Assembly (NCBI GenBank): GCA_031409335.1
Contig: JANNWY010000002.1
Location: 24,433 to 88,432 of the forward strand
Reading direction: 5' to 3'
Source of the DNA: Chthoniobacteraceae bacterium
GTDB lineage: Bacteria; Verrucomicrobiota; Verrucomicrobiia; Chthoniobacterales; Chthoniobacteraceae
Length of the DNA: 64,000 nt
Position numbers and translations under genes: made by a program. Of the stretch, positions 30,101 through 40,100 are shown piece by piece. Every line of letters begins with the position of its first letter. The first letter of the stretch is position 1. The notes below the pieces were generated by a model, which had not been told where the DNA came from, made no database searches, and was given only the letters and a program-made list of their open reading frames with translations.

Positions 30101-31595
30101 CGAAACCGTCCTCATACTTCACGCGCAGCCGCAGCGTGTCGAAGTCCGCCGCGCCCGTGAACGTGAACGGAAACCGCGCGTAAGCCGTCGCGTTCACCCC
30201 GCGCATCGGCAGCAGATTCGTGCCGATGAGATTCGTGAAGCCCAGCAGATTCAGCGGCGATGCGCCCTGCGCCAGCGCGCCGATTTCCACCGGGGAAAGC
30301 GCGCGATTCCACACCGCGAAGTCGTCCGCCTTCCCTCCATACGTCCCCCACGGCGCGTAGCCAAGGTAGAGCGAACGGATGAGCCCGATGCCCGGCGTGC
30401 TCGCCGTCGTCGTCAGCAGCGCGCCATTGAGCCAGATTTGCAGCGCGCCGTTTCCCTTCGTGAAAACGTAGTGGTTCCAAAGGCCGCGCCATTTCGTCGG
30501 GTCCGGCACGGAGACGAACGCGCGCTGACCCGCGCCGACCCCGCCGCAATCCCAATACACGACCGCGTCACTCCACGGCGTGTGCGCGTTCAGCACCCGC
30601 GTGCCGGTGCCGCCCGTCGTGCTGTCGCCGTAGAAAAGCGAATCCGGCTGCGGCTGCGTGGCGTCGCCGAAAATCCACACACTCACGCTCACCGCATCCG
30701 CGCTCGAAATCGAATCCAGCGCGCCCGTTGCGGCGGAGCCCACGCGCACACGGTTCGTGCCGGTGTTCGGAAAATTCATCGCGCGATCGCCCGCGCTTCC
30801 CGTGCGCCCGCCCGCGTTTGCCGTGAATGCCGCGCCGCCCTCGACCGTGCCGTGCCGTGCATTGCCGCTGAGGTCGCCGGCCTGCGTGGCGATCGCCGCG
30901 TCATTGAAATCGTAAAACAGCACGAGCCCCGCGCTCGCGCCGCCAATGTCGTAGCCCGCGCCTGCCGTGCCGCTGATCCACCCGCCGTCGGCAAATGTGG
31001 CGTGCGTCCACGTCGCGCCAAGCGTCGCATCGGTCGGAATCAGCGCGCGCGCCACCCCGCCCTGCTGCACGAGATTCGGCGCGAAAATTTCCAGCGCCGT
31101 GCCGTAGCCGATGTCCTCGCGCTGCGCCGGGTAGTTGAGAAATTCCGACGCCACCGAGCCATCGGGCCGCTTCAGCAGCACGGACTCGCCCGCGTTGTTG
31201 AGCTGGAAATTCGTATGCAGCATCGCCGCCGGATTCGCGCGATTTTTCCCCGAGGCAAACACCACGAGATACCCGCGCCCCGCCAGCGTCACCGCCGGGA
31301 TGCGCCATTTCATCGGCACCGCCGGATCATCGCTCAACCACCAGCCATCGAGACTCACCGCCGTCGCCGTCGTATTCAGCAGCTCGATCCAGTCGGGATT
31401 CGCGCCATCTTCATCCGCCGCCGACGCCGCGTTCTCGGCGACGAACTCATTGATCACCACCTGCGCATCCAGCGCGCCCGTGAGCAGGGCAAAACCAAAG
31501 ACTGCGACGCGGCGGAAATTTTGCACGGCGGAGAGGAAGGCAGCGGCACGCTCAGGTCGAAACCGCGCCAAAGAGTTTTCTGTTCGGTATTTCAT
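27126..31595 (-). CDS. Secreted CotH-kinase protein with lamin-tail, LamG and Fn3-associated domains
   Basis: VINEFVAEN..DWIELLN (LTD); LamG (WNHY..DDFAVWNRAL); YTLNGSVP; CotH-like YWGLINVIE, DWPDKNW, WDQE; second LTD; start uncertain. Confidence 0.82.
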   Translation of the reverse strand: MKYRTENSLARFRPERAAAFLSAVQNFRRVAVFGFALLTGALDAQVVINEFVAENAASAADEDGANPDWIELLNTTATAVSLDGWWLSDDPAVPMKWRIPAVTLAGRGYLVVFASGKNRANPAAMLHTNFQLNNAGESVLLKRPDGSVASEFLNYPAQREDIGYGTALEIFAPNLVQQGGVARALIPTDATLGATWTHATFADGGWISGTAGAGYDIGGASAGLVLFYDFNDAAIATQAGDLSGNARHGTVEGGAAFTANAGGRTGSAGDRAMNFPNTGTNRVRVGSAATGALDSISSADAVSVSVWIFGDATQPQPDSLFYGDSTTGGTGTRVLNAHTPWSDAVVYWDCGGVGAGQRAFVSVPDPTKWRGLWNHYVFTKGNGALQIWLNGALLTTTASTPGIGLIRSLYLGYAPWGTYGGKADDFAVWNRALSPVEIGALAQGASPLNLLGFTNLIGTNLLPMRGVNATAYARFPFTFTGAADFDTLRLRVKYEDGFVAYLNGEEIARRNAPAVPQWNSPAAADRTRVAALVWESLEIPGGAAQLAQGANVLAIHALNENVASNELLILPELAKARTTAGRFLPTATAGGPNSAGVSGFVADTQFSVGRGWFSAPFSTTISCATPGATLVYTLNGSVPTLTNGAQVNPPTATIAINGTTMVRAAAFKSGLLATNADTQTYLFAAQVAAQPAAIPGWPVTWPTGHPGDYQMDPDVTGSTLPGHSIADALLSIPTISVVGKLSDIVALYGSASFTGSQQAPELPAVAVSAEWIDPAAALTNWQEDCALNIHGNISRSKDFTPKHGFSLNFSGDYGARSLNQDVFPGSGVTSFDRLVLKSLSTDTWPCSDSANTVVDGDTRWKRAEAAYIRDELFRATHLAASGTSARGRYAHLFLNGVYWGLINVIEHLDNKFAAEHFGGARSEWDVVKDYDNLADGERAAWDQLLALAGTTAFSSEATYQRAQGRNANGTRNLAYPVLLDVANLIDYMIIHIAQGADDWPDKNWYGMRRRTDPDTGFKFLSWDQEISNTSILKQHTASGTLYELVNQAARPAQLYGSARTNAGFKRQFGDRVQALFFNGGPLTQAAMSARWHGIQALLDKAIVAESARWGDYQRATPFKREVEWLAAAAWMDSTYWPQFVSRALIRFRNAGVYPSFNAPAFSQHGGAFAPGFTLAITQPNGAGYTLHFTTNGTDPSAVGTSLYSAPIPLAGLTTVRSRAKKTATGEWSALTAATFQPGQDLSPLIVTELCYDPPGAGGIDGDEFEFIELQNSGAAALDLSACAFTAGVAFTFPGGTTLAPGAFLVLARNPAQFATRHPGATALGPYTGKLDNDGELLTLTSALGATIFTFTYQRAAPWPDADGSSLHFVSGPPGSSTSWFAGTASPGGAPADADGDGSSNLAEQAAGTDAGDPASVFKITQIARNPDGSITVTFPAIAGKTYRVMTSTDLAGWTPLGSDITATTSSPHAFTDSAPDPAPRYYRVRAPAQ

Positions 31596-31727
31596 TGGGG
31601 GAATCCGCGGCTGCATGTCGCAAGTACGGATGCGCCCATGCTCCGGCAAGGGGAAGTTTCCACACATGCCGAATGCGACGCGCAAGATTGCGCATCTCAA
31701 CGGGCGTTCCGCCACTTCACGCGTGCC

Positions 31728-34547
31728 CTACTGCTTCGCCGCGAGTTCCTTTTCCGCCGCCTCCGCGACCTCACCCATCGGTCGGCCATTGTGATCGGTG
31801 CCATCCTTGTAAGTCGTCTTCAACTCGCCGAACAACGACCGCGCCTTGTCCTTCTCGCCTTTGTCCCAAAGCGTCAGCGCCAGCACGAAGCGCCCGTAAC
31901 CACCGACCTGACATCCGTTGAAGTAATAACAGTCGCTAAACTTCTCCACCGCGCGCGAGAGATATTCGAGCCGCTCCGCGCCCTCGCTCGCCTGACCGAG
32001 GTAAAGTGTGGCGCAACCCGTCCGATTGGCCTCGCCGTATTTTCCCAGCAATTGCTTCAAACTCTCCTTCGCTTCCGGGCTGCGTTTTCCCTTCGTGTTC
32101 GCGACTTGGTAAAGCGTCTCGATTTCCCCGAGTTGCTCAAAGGTGTAACGCTGCTTGTCTTCCGCAGCCCGCACGCGCGCCGCCTGCCGGTTTTTCTCCA
32201 CCAAACGCGCCGCATCTTCCTTCCTTTTATCCTCGCCAGTATTTGCAGGTCGCGTCTCTGCCGAAGTTGCAGCGGCAGCGGGTTTGGATCCAAACACAAC
32301 CTTCTGAACATTGGCCCCGCGACAAATACTGAGAGTATCATTGATCAACTTGTAGTCGGTAGCTGGGTCTCCGTAGATAAGAACTGAGTGATCGGCATCC
32401 AGTTTTGTGAGCGCATTAAGTTTCGTGGCCAGTCCTTCGAGCGAAATGACTTTTCCATTCAGCAAAATCGAACCGTCCGCATTCACGTTGAGTTTCGTTT
32501 GATTCGCTTCAGTGGAAATTTTCTCCAAAGGCCGTGCTTCCAGAGCCGCGAGCGTTTCTTCAAAGTCTTTGCGCATATCCCCGGTCGCGCCGGGCTTCGC
32601 GAGCAGAGCTTTGATCGCAGGCGCTTGGGCCGCGTTGCCGTAAGCGCGCAAATTGCGCAGCGCATTGTTCCGCAGGTAAGGCACGCTGCGCGCCTCGATC
32701 ATTTTCATCATCGCCTCCGCGACCAGCCCGAATTGCGCGCGATCCACACCTTGTTGCAAACCCCACGCCGAACGGCCCGCGATGTTCGTCGTGTCAGGAT
32801 GCGCGAGCAATTCGATCAGCCGCTTGCACGACGCCTCGCTCTTGTTCGCCTGCGTGCTCAGCGTGCCGTAGAAAAAATTGTAGCCGACGCTGCCGTTGCT
32901 GGCCTGGTCGATGTCTTGGCAAAATTCGAGCACCTTCGCCTCGATCTCCGGCGAAAGTTTCACGCCCCACATCGCATGCGCCACGCTGCGCGAATCGCGC
33001 GGCAGATTCGCCATCAGCTTGAGAATTGCGTCGCTCGCCGCCTTGTCCCGGACATCGTGTTTCTTGAGTTGAACGATCACGCCCGTCAGACGGTCGCGCA
33101 CTTCAGCGGCAGCATCATCGGCGAGAGCGAAAATGCGTGGAAGGTCTTCCGGGTCAGCGCCAGTCATGGTGAAGGCGCTGGCCGCCGCCCCGCGCGTCGC
33201 TGCATCACTCGATGCAAGTAGCGCGCGCACGGCCGGCCGAAACGAAGCCTTGTCGAACTCGATCGGCCCGAGTTGCACAAATGCCGTCACACCCGCCCGC
33301 GCCTCATCCGTATTTTCACCTGTCATCGTCGCGCGGATGCGCTCGATCGCCGCCGCGCGCTTCGCCGGATCGTCGAGTTGAAAAGCATCGGCGATCCACG
33401 CCTTCGCCTCGGTGGCGGCCTTTTGCGCGACTTCTTTGTCATTCGGTTTTGCAACTACATCTGCTGGTTTCGCATCGTCCGCCTGTGCATGAAAAATCGC
33501 GGCAAGCGCGAGCGCGGTGAGCAGCGCGGGAAGGCCGAGGCTCCACCCGCCGGTGGGTGATTCGACCTGCGCGGGTCGCACGATGCGCTGGATGCGTGCG
33601 AGCAGGCTGCCGCCGGTCGCGGCGAGTGCGGATTGCGAATCAAGTCGCAGCTCGGCCAACTGCGCGAGTGCTCCGACGTAAACGCGGCGGTCGGCGCAGA
33701 TTTCGAGCGCGAGATCGTCCGCCGCATTTTCCCGCTCCTGCCGTGCGCAACGTCCGATCCACCAGATCGCGGGGTGATAGAAAAACAGCGTCTCGATGGC
33801 GACCTGCGCGAGATTGCTCCACGCATCGCGGCGGGCGAGGTGTGCGAGTTCGTGCGCGAGGATCGCTTCGATTTCCCGCTCGCTCAGGCCGCTGATGACC
33901 CGCAGCGGAAGCAGGACCACGGGCTTGAACAAACCGGCGAGCATCGGCACCGCGGCCTCCGCGGATTCCACGAGGCGGACTCCGGCGGCGCGTCCAAATC
34001 TTTCCAGCAATCGCGTGAAAGTCCGCTGCAATTCCGGTCGCGCGTTCGAACCGTTGCACCGCATTGCGCGCAGCCGCTGCCATCCGATACAATGCCGCGC
34101 TGTGAGCAGCGCGACGCCGAGCATCCACGCGGCGGAAATCCACGGGAGAAGCATCGCAAAATTCTCGCGCCACGAGCGCGTCGCACCGATCGGCGCATTC
34201 AGGGCGGGCGTCAGCGATGATGTTTTTTCTGACGAAACGAGTGACGCGGATTCGAGTGGATCGAGTGTCGTGCGCGGCGCGGCGATTTCTGCGGCCAGTG
34301 GTGATCCTGGCGCAGAAATCGTCACAGCATTCATCCGCCACGCCGAGCCCGCGACGCTCGCCGCAAAAGCGATTAGCCCGATCATGCAGACCGCATGGCG
34401 CGTTGCAGCGCGGCATTTTCGCGAGCAACGCAGCGCAATCGCGATGACGGCGGCGATGAGCGCGCCCTGCCACAGCGAATGGAGCAAGGCCCAGCCAAGG
34501 CGCTCGGCAAGTGTGATGAGAAAATCAGGGGACGTGTTCGGGTTCAT
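31728..34547 (-). CDS. BlaR1-like M56 metallopeptidase with helical-repeat, ExbD-like and TPR-like C-terminal domains
   Basis: GWALLHSLWQG, ILAHELAHLARRD, FFYHPAIWW, ERENAADD; downstream of blaI. Confidence 0.88.
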   Translation of the reverse strand: MNPNTSPDFLITLAERLGWALLHSLWQGALIAAVIAIALRCSRKCRAATRHAVCMIGLIAFAASVAGSAWRMNAVTISAPGSPLAAEIAAPRTTLDPLESASLVSSEKTSSLTPALNAPIGATRSWRENFAMLLPWISAAWMLGVALLTARHCIGWQRLRAMRCNGSNARPELQRTFTRLLERFGRAAGVRLVESAEAAVPMLAGLFKPVVLLPLRVISGLSEREIEAILAHELAHLARRDAWSNLAQVAIETLFFYHPAIWWIGRCARQERENAADDLALEICADRRVYVGALAQLAELRLDSQSALAATGGSLLARIQRIVRPAQVESPTGGWSLGLPALLTALALAAIFHAQADDAKPADVVAKPNDKEVAQKAATEAKAWIADAFQLDDPAKRAAAIERIRATMTGENTDEARAGVTAFVQLGPIEFDKASFRPAVRALLASSDAATRGAAASAFTMTGADPEDLPRIFALADDAAAEVRDRLTGVIVQLKKHDVRDKAASDAILKLMANLPRDSRSVAHAMWGVKLSPEIEAKVLEFCQDIDQASNGSVGYNFFYGTLSTQANKSEASCKRLIELLAHPDTTNIAGRSAWGLQQGVDRAQFGLVAEAMMKMIEARSVPYLRNNALRNLRAYGNAAQAPAIKALLAKPGATGDMRKDFEETLAALEARPLEKISTEANQTKLNVNADGSILLNGKVISLEGLATKLNALTKLDADHSVLIYGDPATDYKLINDTLSICRGANVQKVVFGSKPAAAATSAETRPANTGEDKRKEDAARLVEKNRQAARVRAAEDKQRYTFEQLGEIETLYQVANTKGKRSPEAKESLKQLLGKYGEANRTGCATLYLGQASEGAERLEYLSRAVEKFSDCYYFNGCQVGGYGRFVLALTLWDKGEKDKARSLFGELKTTYKDGTDHNGRPMGEVAEAAEKELAAKQ

Positions 34548-34945
34548 GGTGCGAGTTCGTTGAGGAGTTTGCGAATTTCACGGAGTTCCGCGGCGGAGAC
34601 TTTGCGCGCACCGAGCGCCTGCACGACCAGCTCCTGCACCGAACCGCCAAACGCGCGCTCCAGCAGGTCGCCGACCATCTGCTTTTTCGTGCGCGCCTCC
34701 GGCACCGCTGGCGCGAAAACGTGCGTGCGATCGCGATCCTCGCGCGAGACGAGGCCCTTGCCATTCATGATCTGGAGAAAACGCAGGACCGTCGTGTAAG
34801 CGAGCGGCTCGGGGCGCGCGGCGTTCACCGCATCGAGCACTTCGCGGACGTTGCTCGGGCCGCGTTTCCACAGCACGCGGAGGATCGCGAGTTCGGCGTC
34901 GGTCGGGCGCGGCGGCTGCGGAATGAGAGGCGATTTTTTAGGCAC
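34544..34945 (-). CDS. BlaI/MecI/CopY family transcriptional repressor
   Basis: PTDAELAILRVLW, YTTVLRFLQIM..KGLV, AFGGS; overlaps the M56 start. Confidence 0.92.
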   Translation of the reverse strand: MPKKSPLIPQPPRPTDAELAILRVLWKRGPSNVREVLDAVNAARPEPLAYTTVLRFLQIMNGKGLVSREDRDRTHVFAPAVPEARTKKQMVGDLLERAFGGSVQELVVQALGARKVSAAELREIRKLLNELAP

Positions 34946-34956
34946 GGGGCGAGCTT

Positions 34957-34996
34957 TACTAAGTTGTTAGTAGAACGTCTACTAATTTCTTAGTAG
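34957..34996. promoter_or_regulatory. Tandem palindromic operator, probably bound by the BlaI-like repressor
   Basis: TACTAA-GTTG-TTAGTA (34957-34972) and TACTAA-TTTC-TTAGTA (34980-34995) in an AT-rich patch just upstream of the GTG start. Confidence 0.75.
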
Positions 34997-35009
34997 CATG
35001 GCCATCCTT

Positions 35010-35101
35010 ACGCCGAAGGCTCTCGGACTGCGGTGATTCCTTCAGCGCTCTTGCCATGCGAAAGCTGCGGAGGAACCGCAGCAGTCCAAAGCCTTCGGCG
35101 T
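35010..35101. repeat. Second copy of the 20063 REPIN family
   Basis: ACGCCGAAGGCTCTCGGACTGCGGTGATTCCTTC ... GCAGTCCAAAGCCTTCGGCGT. Confidence 0.8.
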
Positions 35102-35108
35102 CACGAAT

Positions 35109-35639
35109 TCAGACCTCTCGCAAAATAAAATCCACCGCCTCCGCGAAGTCCGTCGCGACAAACGTCGCCGCCACGCCATTCGCCCCCGCACCCTCGCCCG
35201 TCCGCACGAGAATCGACCGCACGCCCGCGCGCACGCCCGCCTCCACGTCGCCCGTGCGATCGCCCACCATCCACGAGTGCGCGAGGTCGAGCGAGAGGTC
35301 GCGGGCCGCTTCCAGCAGCATCCCCGGCCCCGGCTTGCGCCGCTCGCCCGCGGTGTCCGGATGGTCCGCGCAGAAATACGTGGCGTCGATCAAGCCATCG
35401 CCCAGCACTTCCAGCACGCGCGCATTCACCCGCTCGAAATCCGCCACGGTAAAATATCCACGCCCGATGCCGCTCTGATTTGTGACGATCACCGTCTTAA
35501 ACCCGCGCGCTTTCAAACGAGCGAGCGCCGCCGCCACGCCCGGATAAACCTCCACGAGCGCCGGATCGCCGACGTAACCCGGGTCGTGCATGAGCGTGCC
35601 GTCGCGATCGAGGAAGACGGCGCGTGTGAGTGAATTCAT
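35109..35639 (-). CDS. gmhB: HAD-IIIA phosphatase, D-glycero-D-manno-heptose-1,7-bisphosphate phosphatase-like
   Basis: AVFLDRDGTL, TNQSGIGRG, RKPGPGM, MVGDR..D. Confidence 0.8.
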   Translation of the reverse strand: MNSLTRAVFLDRDGTLMHDPGYVGDPALVEVYPGVAAALARLKARGFKTVIVTNQSGIGRGYFTVADFERVNARVLEVLGDGLIDATYFCADHPDTAGERRKPGPGMLLEAARDLSLDLAHSWMVGDRTGDVEAGVRAGVRSILVRTGEGAGANGVAATFVATDFAEAVDFILREV

Positions 35640-35730
35640 CGCGAGAATTATAGACTGCGAAGCAAGCACGCCAAAGTTTTCCCGCCGCTCAGGCTTGTGA
35701 AGATACCGCACGTTCAACTACCGAATCATC

Positions 35731-37068
35731 ATGTCCCTCTCCCGTCGCTCCTTCCTCCAGCAACTCGCCGCCGGTGCCGCCACCGCCCCTTTCATCACGC
35801 GCGGCCTGCGCGCCCAATCGCCGAACGGCAAAATCCGCCATGCCACTTTCGGCGCATCGGGAATGGGGTGGGCCGATGTGACGGCCATCGCCGGGCATCC
35901 GGCGATCGAGGTCGTCGCGGCGTGCGACGTGGATGAAAAGCGCGCCGCGGAGTTTCGCAAAAAATTCCCCGACGCGCGCATTTACACCGACTACCGCGAG
36001 CTGCTCGACAAGGAGAAGGATTTGCAAACGGTGAACGTCTCGACGCCCGACCACATGCACGCGCCGATTGGCATGAGCGCGATGCAACGCGGGCTGCACG
36101 TCTATGGCCAGAAGCCGCTCACGCACGGTATTTTTGAAACGCGCCGCCTCACCGAATTTGCGCGCGAGAAAAAGCTCGTGACGCAGATGGGCATCCAGAT
36201 TCACAGCAGCACCGAGTATCGCACTGCCGTGATGATGGTGCAGGCGGGCGCGATCGGGAAGATCAAGGAAGTCCACACCTGGAGCAGCAAGACGTGGGGC
36301 GACACTGGCGCGATGCCGGAGAAGACCGATCCGGTGCCGGAGGGATTGGATTGGGACAAGTGGCTCGGCGTTTCCGCGGAGCGCCCGTTCATCGGAGGCG
36401 GCTGGTATCATCCGGGAAACTGGCGGCGTCGGCTCGATTTCGGCACGGGCACTTTCGGCGACATGGGCTGCCACATTTACGATCCCGTTTTCAAAGCACT
36501 CGCGCTCACCGCACCGATCACCGTCCGCAGCGAGGGAGCCGCGCCGAATGCGCATTCGTGGGCGACGGACGCGATCATCAAATACGTTTTCCCAGGCACT
36601 GAATACACGGACGGCAAGACCGTCGCGGTGACGTGGTACGACGGAAAGCAACGCCCGCCTGCCGAAATCCAAGCTCTCGCGACCGACCCATCTCAGACCG
36701 ACGAGAAGAAGAAAGCCCTGCCAGACCAAGGCAGCATCTTTATCGGCACGAAAGGCGTGATGCTGCTCCCGCACATCGCCCAGCCAAAACTGTTCGGTGA
36801 AGCGAAGGGCGCGACCTTTGACAAGGAAGACGGCGAAGATCACTGGCATCAATTCGTCAACGCCGTGCAAGGCCAGGGGAAACCGGGCGCAAATTTCGAA
36901 TACGCCGGCCCGCTCACTGAAGCCGTCCTGCTTGGTTCCGTCGCCACACGTTTCCCGATGACCACGCTGGATTGGGACGCCGCTGCGCTGAAATTCACGA
37001 ACACCGCGGAGGCTGATGCGTTTGTCCGCCGGGCGTATCGCAAAGGTTGGGAAGTCGCCGGACTGTAG
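35731..37068 (+). CDS. Tat-exported Gfo/Idh/MocA oxidoreductase
   Basis: SRRSFL twin-arginine; STPDHMHA, QKPL, GDMGCH. Confidence 0.9.
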   Translation: MSLSRRSFLQQLAAGAATAPFITRGLRAQSPNGKIRHATFGASGMGWADVTAIAGHPAIEVVAACDVDEKRAAEFRKKFPDARIYTDYRELLDKEKDLQTVNVSTPDHMHAPIGMSAMQRGLHVYGQKPLTHGIFETRRLTEFAREKKLVTQMGIQIHSSTEYRTAVMMVQAGAIGKIKEVHTWSSKTWGDTGAMPEKTDPVPEGLDWDKWLGVSAERPFIGGGWYHPGNWRRRLDFGTGTFGDMGCHIYDPVFKALALTAPITVRSEGAAPNAHSWATDAIIKYVFPGTEYTDGKTVAVTWYDGKQRPPAEIQALATDPSQTDEKKKALPDQGSIFIGTKGVMLLPHIAQPKLFGEAKGATFDKEDGEDHWHQFVNAVQGQGKPGANFEYAGPLTEAVLLGSVATRFPMTTLDWDAAALKFTNTAEADAFVRRAYRKGWEVAGL

Positions 37069-37108
37069 GAGTAGCTGCGACGGGGGCGTCGCAGCCACGA
37101 GCTACTCC
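37068..37108. terminator. GTAG-REP-like hairpin / possible bidirectional terminator between convergent genes
   Basis: GGAGTAGC...GCTACTCC enclosing GCTGCGACG-GGGG-CGTCGCAGC. Confidence 0.5.
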
Positions 37109-40100
37109 TTCGGCGGATCGATCTCCTTCACCGCCGCGCCGTGCGTTTCGCTCAGCACGAGGATTGCGATCTTCGCCACTTCGTTTAGCTCGTTCGGCCG
37201 CAGCATTTGGTAGTCGAGGCTCTTCCCGTCGATTGGTCGCGGTTGCGGTGAGGGCGGCACGGCGCCGTCGGTGCTATTCAGGCTCGCGTAGTCGAACTTC
37301 CCGCGCAGGTCCGTGTAGCCGTCTTTGAAAAAGCGCACCGTGCCGTTCTTCAGGCGCGCGTAGACTTTCACGTAAGCCTTGCTCACCGGCTTGTCCGCGG
37401 CCTGGTCACGCAGTTCGAGACGGCCGTAGCTTTCAGACAGCGTGAGCTTGAATGTATTGGCGTGATACGCTTGGGCCTTGCGCTGGCCTGCGCCGAGGAT
37501 TTCCACAAGCACGTTCGCCTTCGCAAATTCTCCTGGCAGCGGAATGTCGAGCACGTCCTTGCCTTCGGGCAAAGCCTGCGTCGCGGTGCGCGTGGGTTTG
37601 ATGATCGAGAAACGCGCCGGATCTTCGCTCACGAATGGGCTGCTGCTGAACAGGAACTCGGGGTCCATCAGGTAATAGTTCACAGTGACCTTGCGCAGAT
37701 TTTTCCAAGTCAACGCGATCGACCGATTCTCCACTTTGAAATCGAACGCCGGCTCCGCCGCCGCGAGTTCGGCCTGCTGTTTTTCGCGATCCGGCTTGTC
37801 GCCAGCACGCGCCACTTTCTTGCCTTCGATCTCATCGATCTGTGCGCTGGCTTCGGCGAAAATCGCGCGCCAGCGGTCCACGGGATAGTCACTGTATTGC
37901 GCCACGATCGCTCGCGCATCGGCCAGCTTCTCTTCGTAGAACGCGGCATAGGTGCGGAAGTAATCGTGCTGCAATTTCGTAGCTAGGGCTTCAGCCCTAA
38001 TACCCTGAAAGCGCGCCAGCGCCTCCTCGACGCGATCTTGCAAAAACAGAAAGTACACCACGCTCATGTCATCCATCGCCGCCAGCGTCGGCTTGTAAGC
38101 GAGGATATTCAGCAAGTGCTGGTATTGCTCGCGAAAGACCGGGTTCGCGATCTTTGGTTCCGCGCCGAGGCGATGGGTGCGCTGATTCACGAGCGGCGAG
38201 TATTCGAGGTGTTCGTAGGCGCGACGTTCGATCGGGTCGATCGTCACGAGCTTCGTATCCAGCCACGCGCCGCATTGCGCGAGGAAGTCATCGCGATGCC
38301 GCAGCCATTCGCCCAGCGCCGCCTTGTCATTGTGGACCACGCCATAGCTGTAGATCACATCGCTATACAGATGCCGCTTCTCGATCGTCGCGATGAGCCG
38401 GCGGAAAAAATCCACGCCCTTCCGCGCCCGCCACGCCACACGCTCCAGGTCCAGTCGCTCGATGTTGTTCTGCTCGATGAACGTCCACACCTCCTCGTCG
38501 CCGCCATATTGCGAGATGTAATCCCACGATGCCTTATCGACCTGCGAGAGCTGCTTCACGACTTTGAAAGTCGTCGCCTTCGCCGCACCAGCGCTCTTTC
38601 CGGCGAGACTGACATTTAGCGGGAAATGCGGGAACGCCGCGTCCTTCGCCGATGGCGCGGGGAAGTAGAAATGATATTCGAGCTGCTGCGTGGTGTAAGG
38701 CTCCAGTCGCACGAAACGGCTGCGCGTCGCCTTGCTGCCGAGCACCGGCAGCGCGCCCTGCGGGATCTGCGTGAGCAGATCGAGCTTCAGCGGCGTGGAC
38801 GTCGGATTCGTGATCACGAGCTGCGCGCCATACACGACGCCGCTCAGGAATTCATCCGTCACAAACTTGTCAAACTTCTCATTCCCCTCCTGCCGGTAGC
38901 GGTCGCCCTGGCGGAAAAAGTTTTCGCTCACGAGCAGCGCGGGCGCACCGTCGGGTTTCGCGTCGGCGGGTTTGATCTGTTTGTGGAAAACGATCACCGG
39001 CCCAGCCGCCGTGAGCGTGAACGAATTCTTCTCGGTCTTCGTCGTGTGCTTCGGCGCGTCGAACGGCAGATCGATCACCGCGAGCGCGAGCATCATCTCG
39101 GTGAAATTGCGATGCGCCTCCGCGATGTTCGCCGAGAGGAAAGGCACCTTGCCGTCCCAAGCCGCAAAGTCGCGCCAGAAGCCGTTGATCGTCACCAGTT
39201 CCGCGTTCTGTTGCTCGATCGGCAGTTGGTAATAATTGTTCTCCGCCCATTCCTTCGTTGGCCCGAGACGCCGGAAGTAAGCCTGCTGCGCGGCGAGCCC
39301 TCGCTGTTGCTTCGCGATGTCCATATCGAAGAACTCATTTGCGCCACCCAATCCGCCGGAAAACCGATCGGCCGATTTGCGTTTTTCAACGACACTGAGC
39401 GCTTCCGTTTCCGCCAGTTTCGACTCCAAACCGAGAGCCACCACGTCTTTGCCCGACTTGTCGGCCAGTTGTTCCACGACTGCGCCTCTCTTCATCAAAC
39501 GGCCCATCGCCGTGGCAGCCGCGGGTTTCGCTGGATCATGTGGAGCAGGCGCGGCGGGCGCGTCCGCCGCTGGCACCAGGCCACTGGCAGCCACCGCCGA
39601 CTCTTCCTTCGCCATCCGAAACCTCGCCGACCCGGCAACCGCAATAGCACCGTCAGCTTCTTGCAATCCCTCCTCCAGCGCCCGTCCGCGCAACGCCGTT
39701 TCAAACAACCGGTCCTCCTCCTCGGGATTCGGCGGCAGCAATTCCCACAACTCGCGCAAATGGCGTGCGGTGTTCGCCGACTCGCCCGGCAGCCGCTGTG
39801 CGAGCAGCGCGCGCTCCACCACATTCAGCCGCGCATACGCCCACGGCTCCAGATAACGCTTCAAGTCCGCGCCGATGAGATAGTCGTCCATGAAGGTCTT
39901 GTCCTTCTTGTTGCGCAGATACGGCTGCACCACTTTCGTGAAGAACGGCGCGTCCTTCCGGCTCAGGAAAAAGTTCAGTTCGTGGCAGGCGAACTCGCTG
40001 TATTTCGCGCGCTTCTCCTCGTCCTTCATCGAGGGCCATTGCAGCACCCACGCAAACTTCGCGAGATTCGCATCGCCGCTCAGCGTGGTGAAAAGCGCGT

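Noticed and set aside
29226..32387. 1053-aa plus-strand ORF
   Set aside because: Arg-rich shadow frame opposite the CotH and M56 genes.
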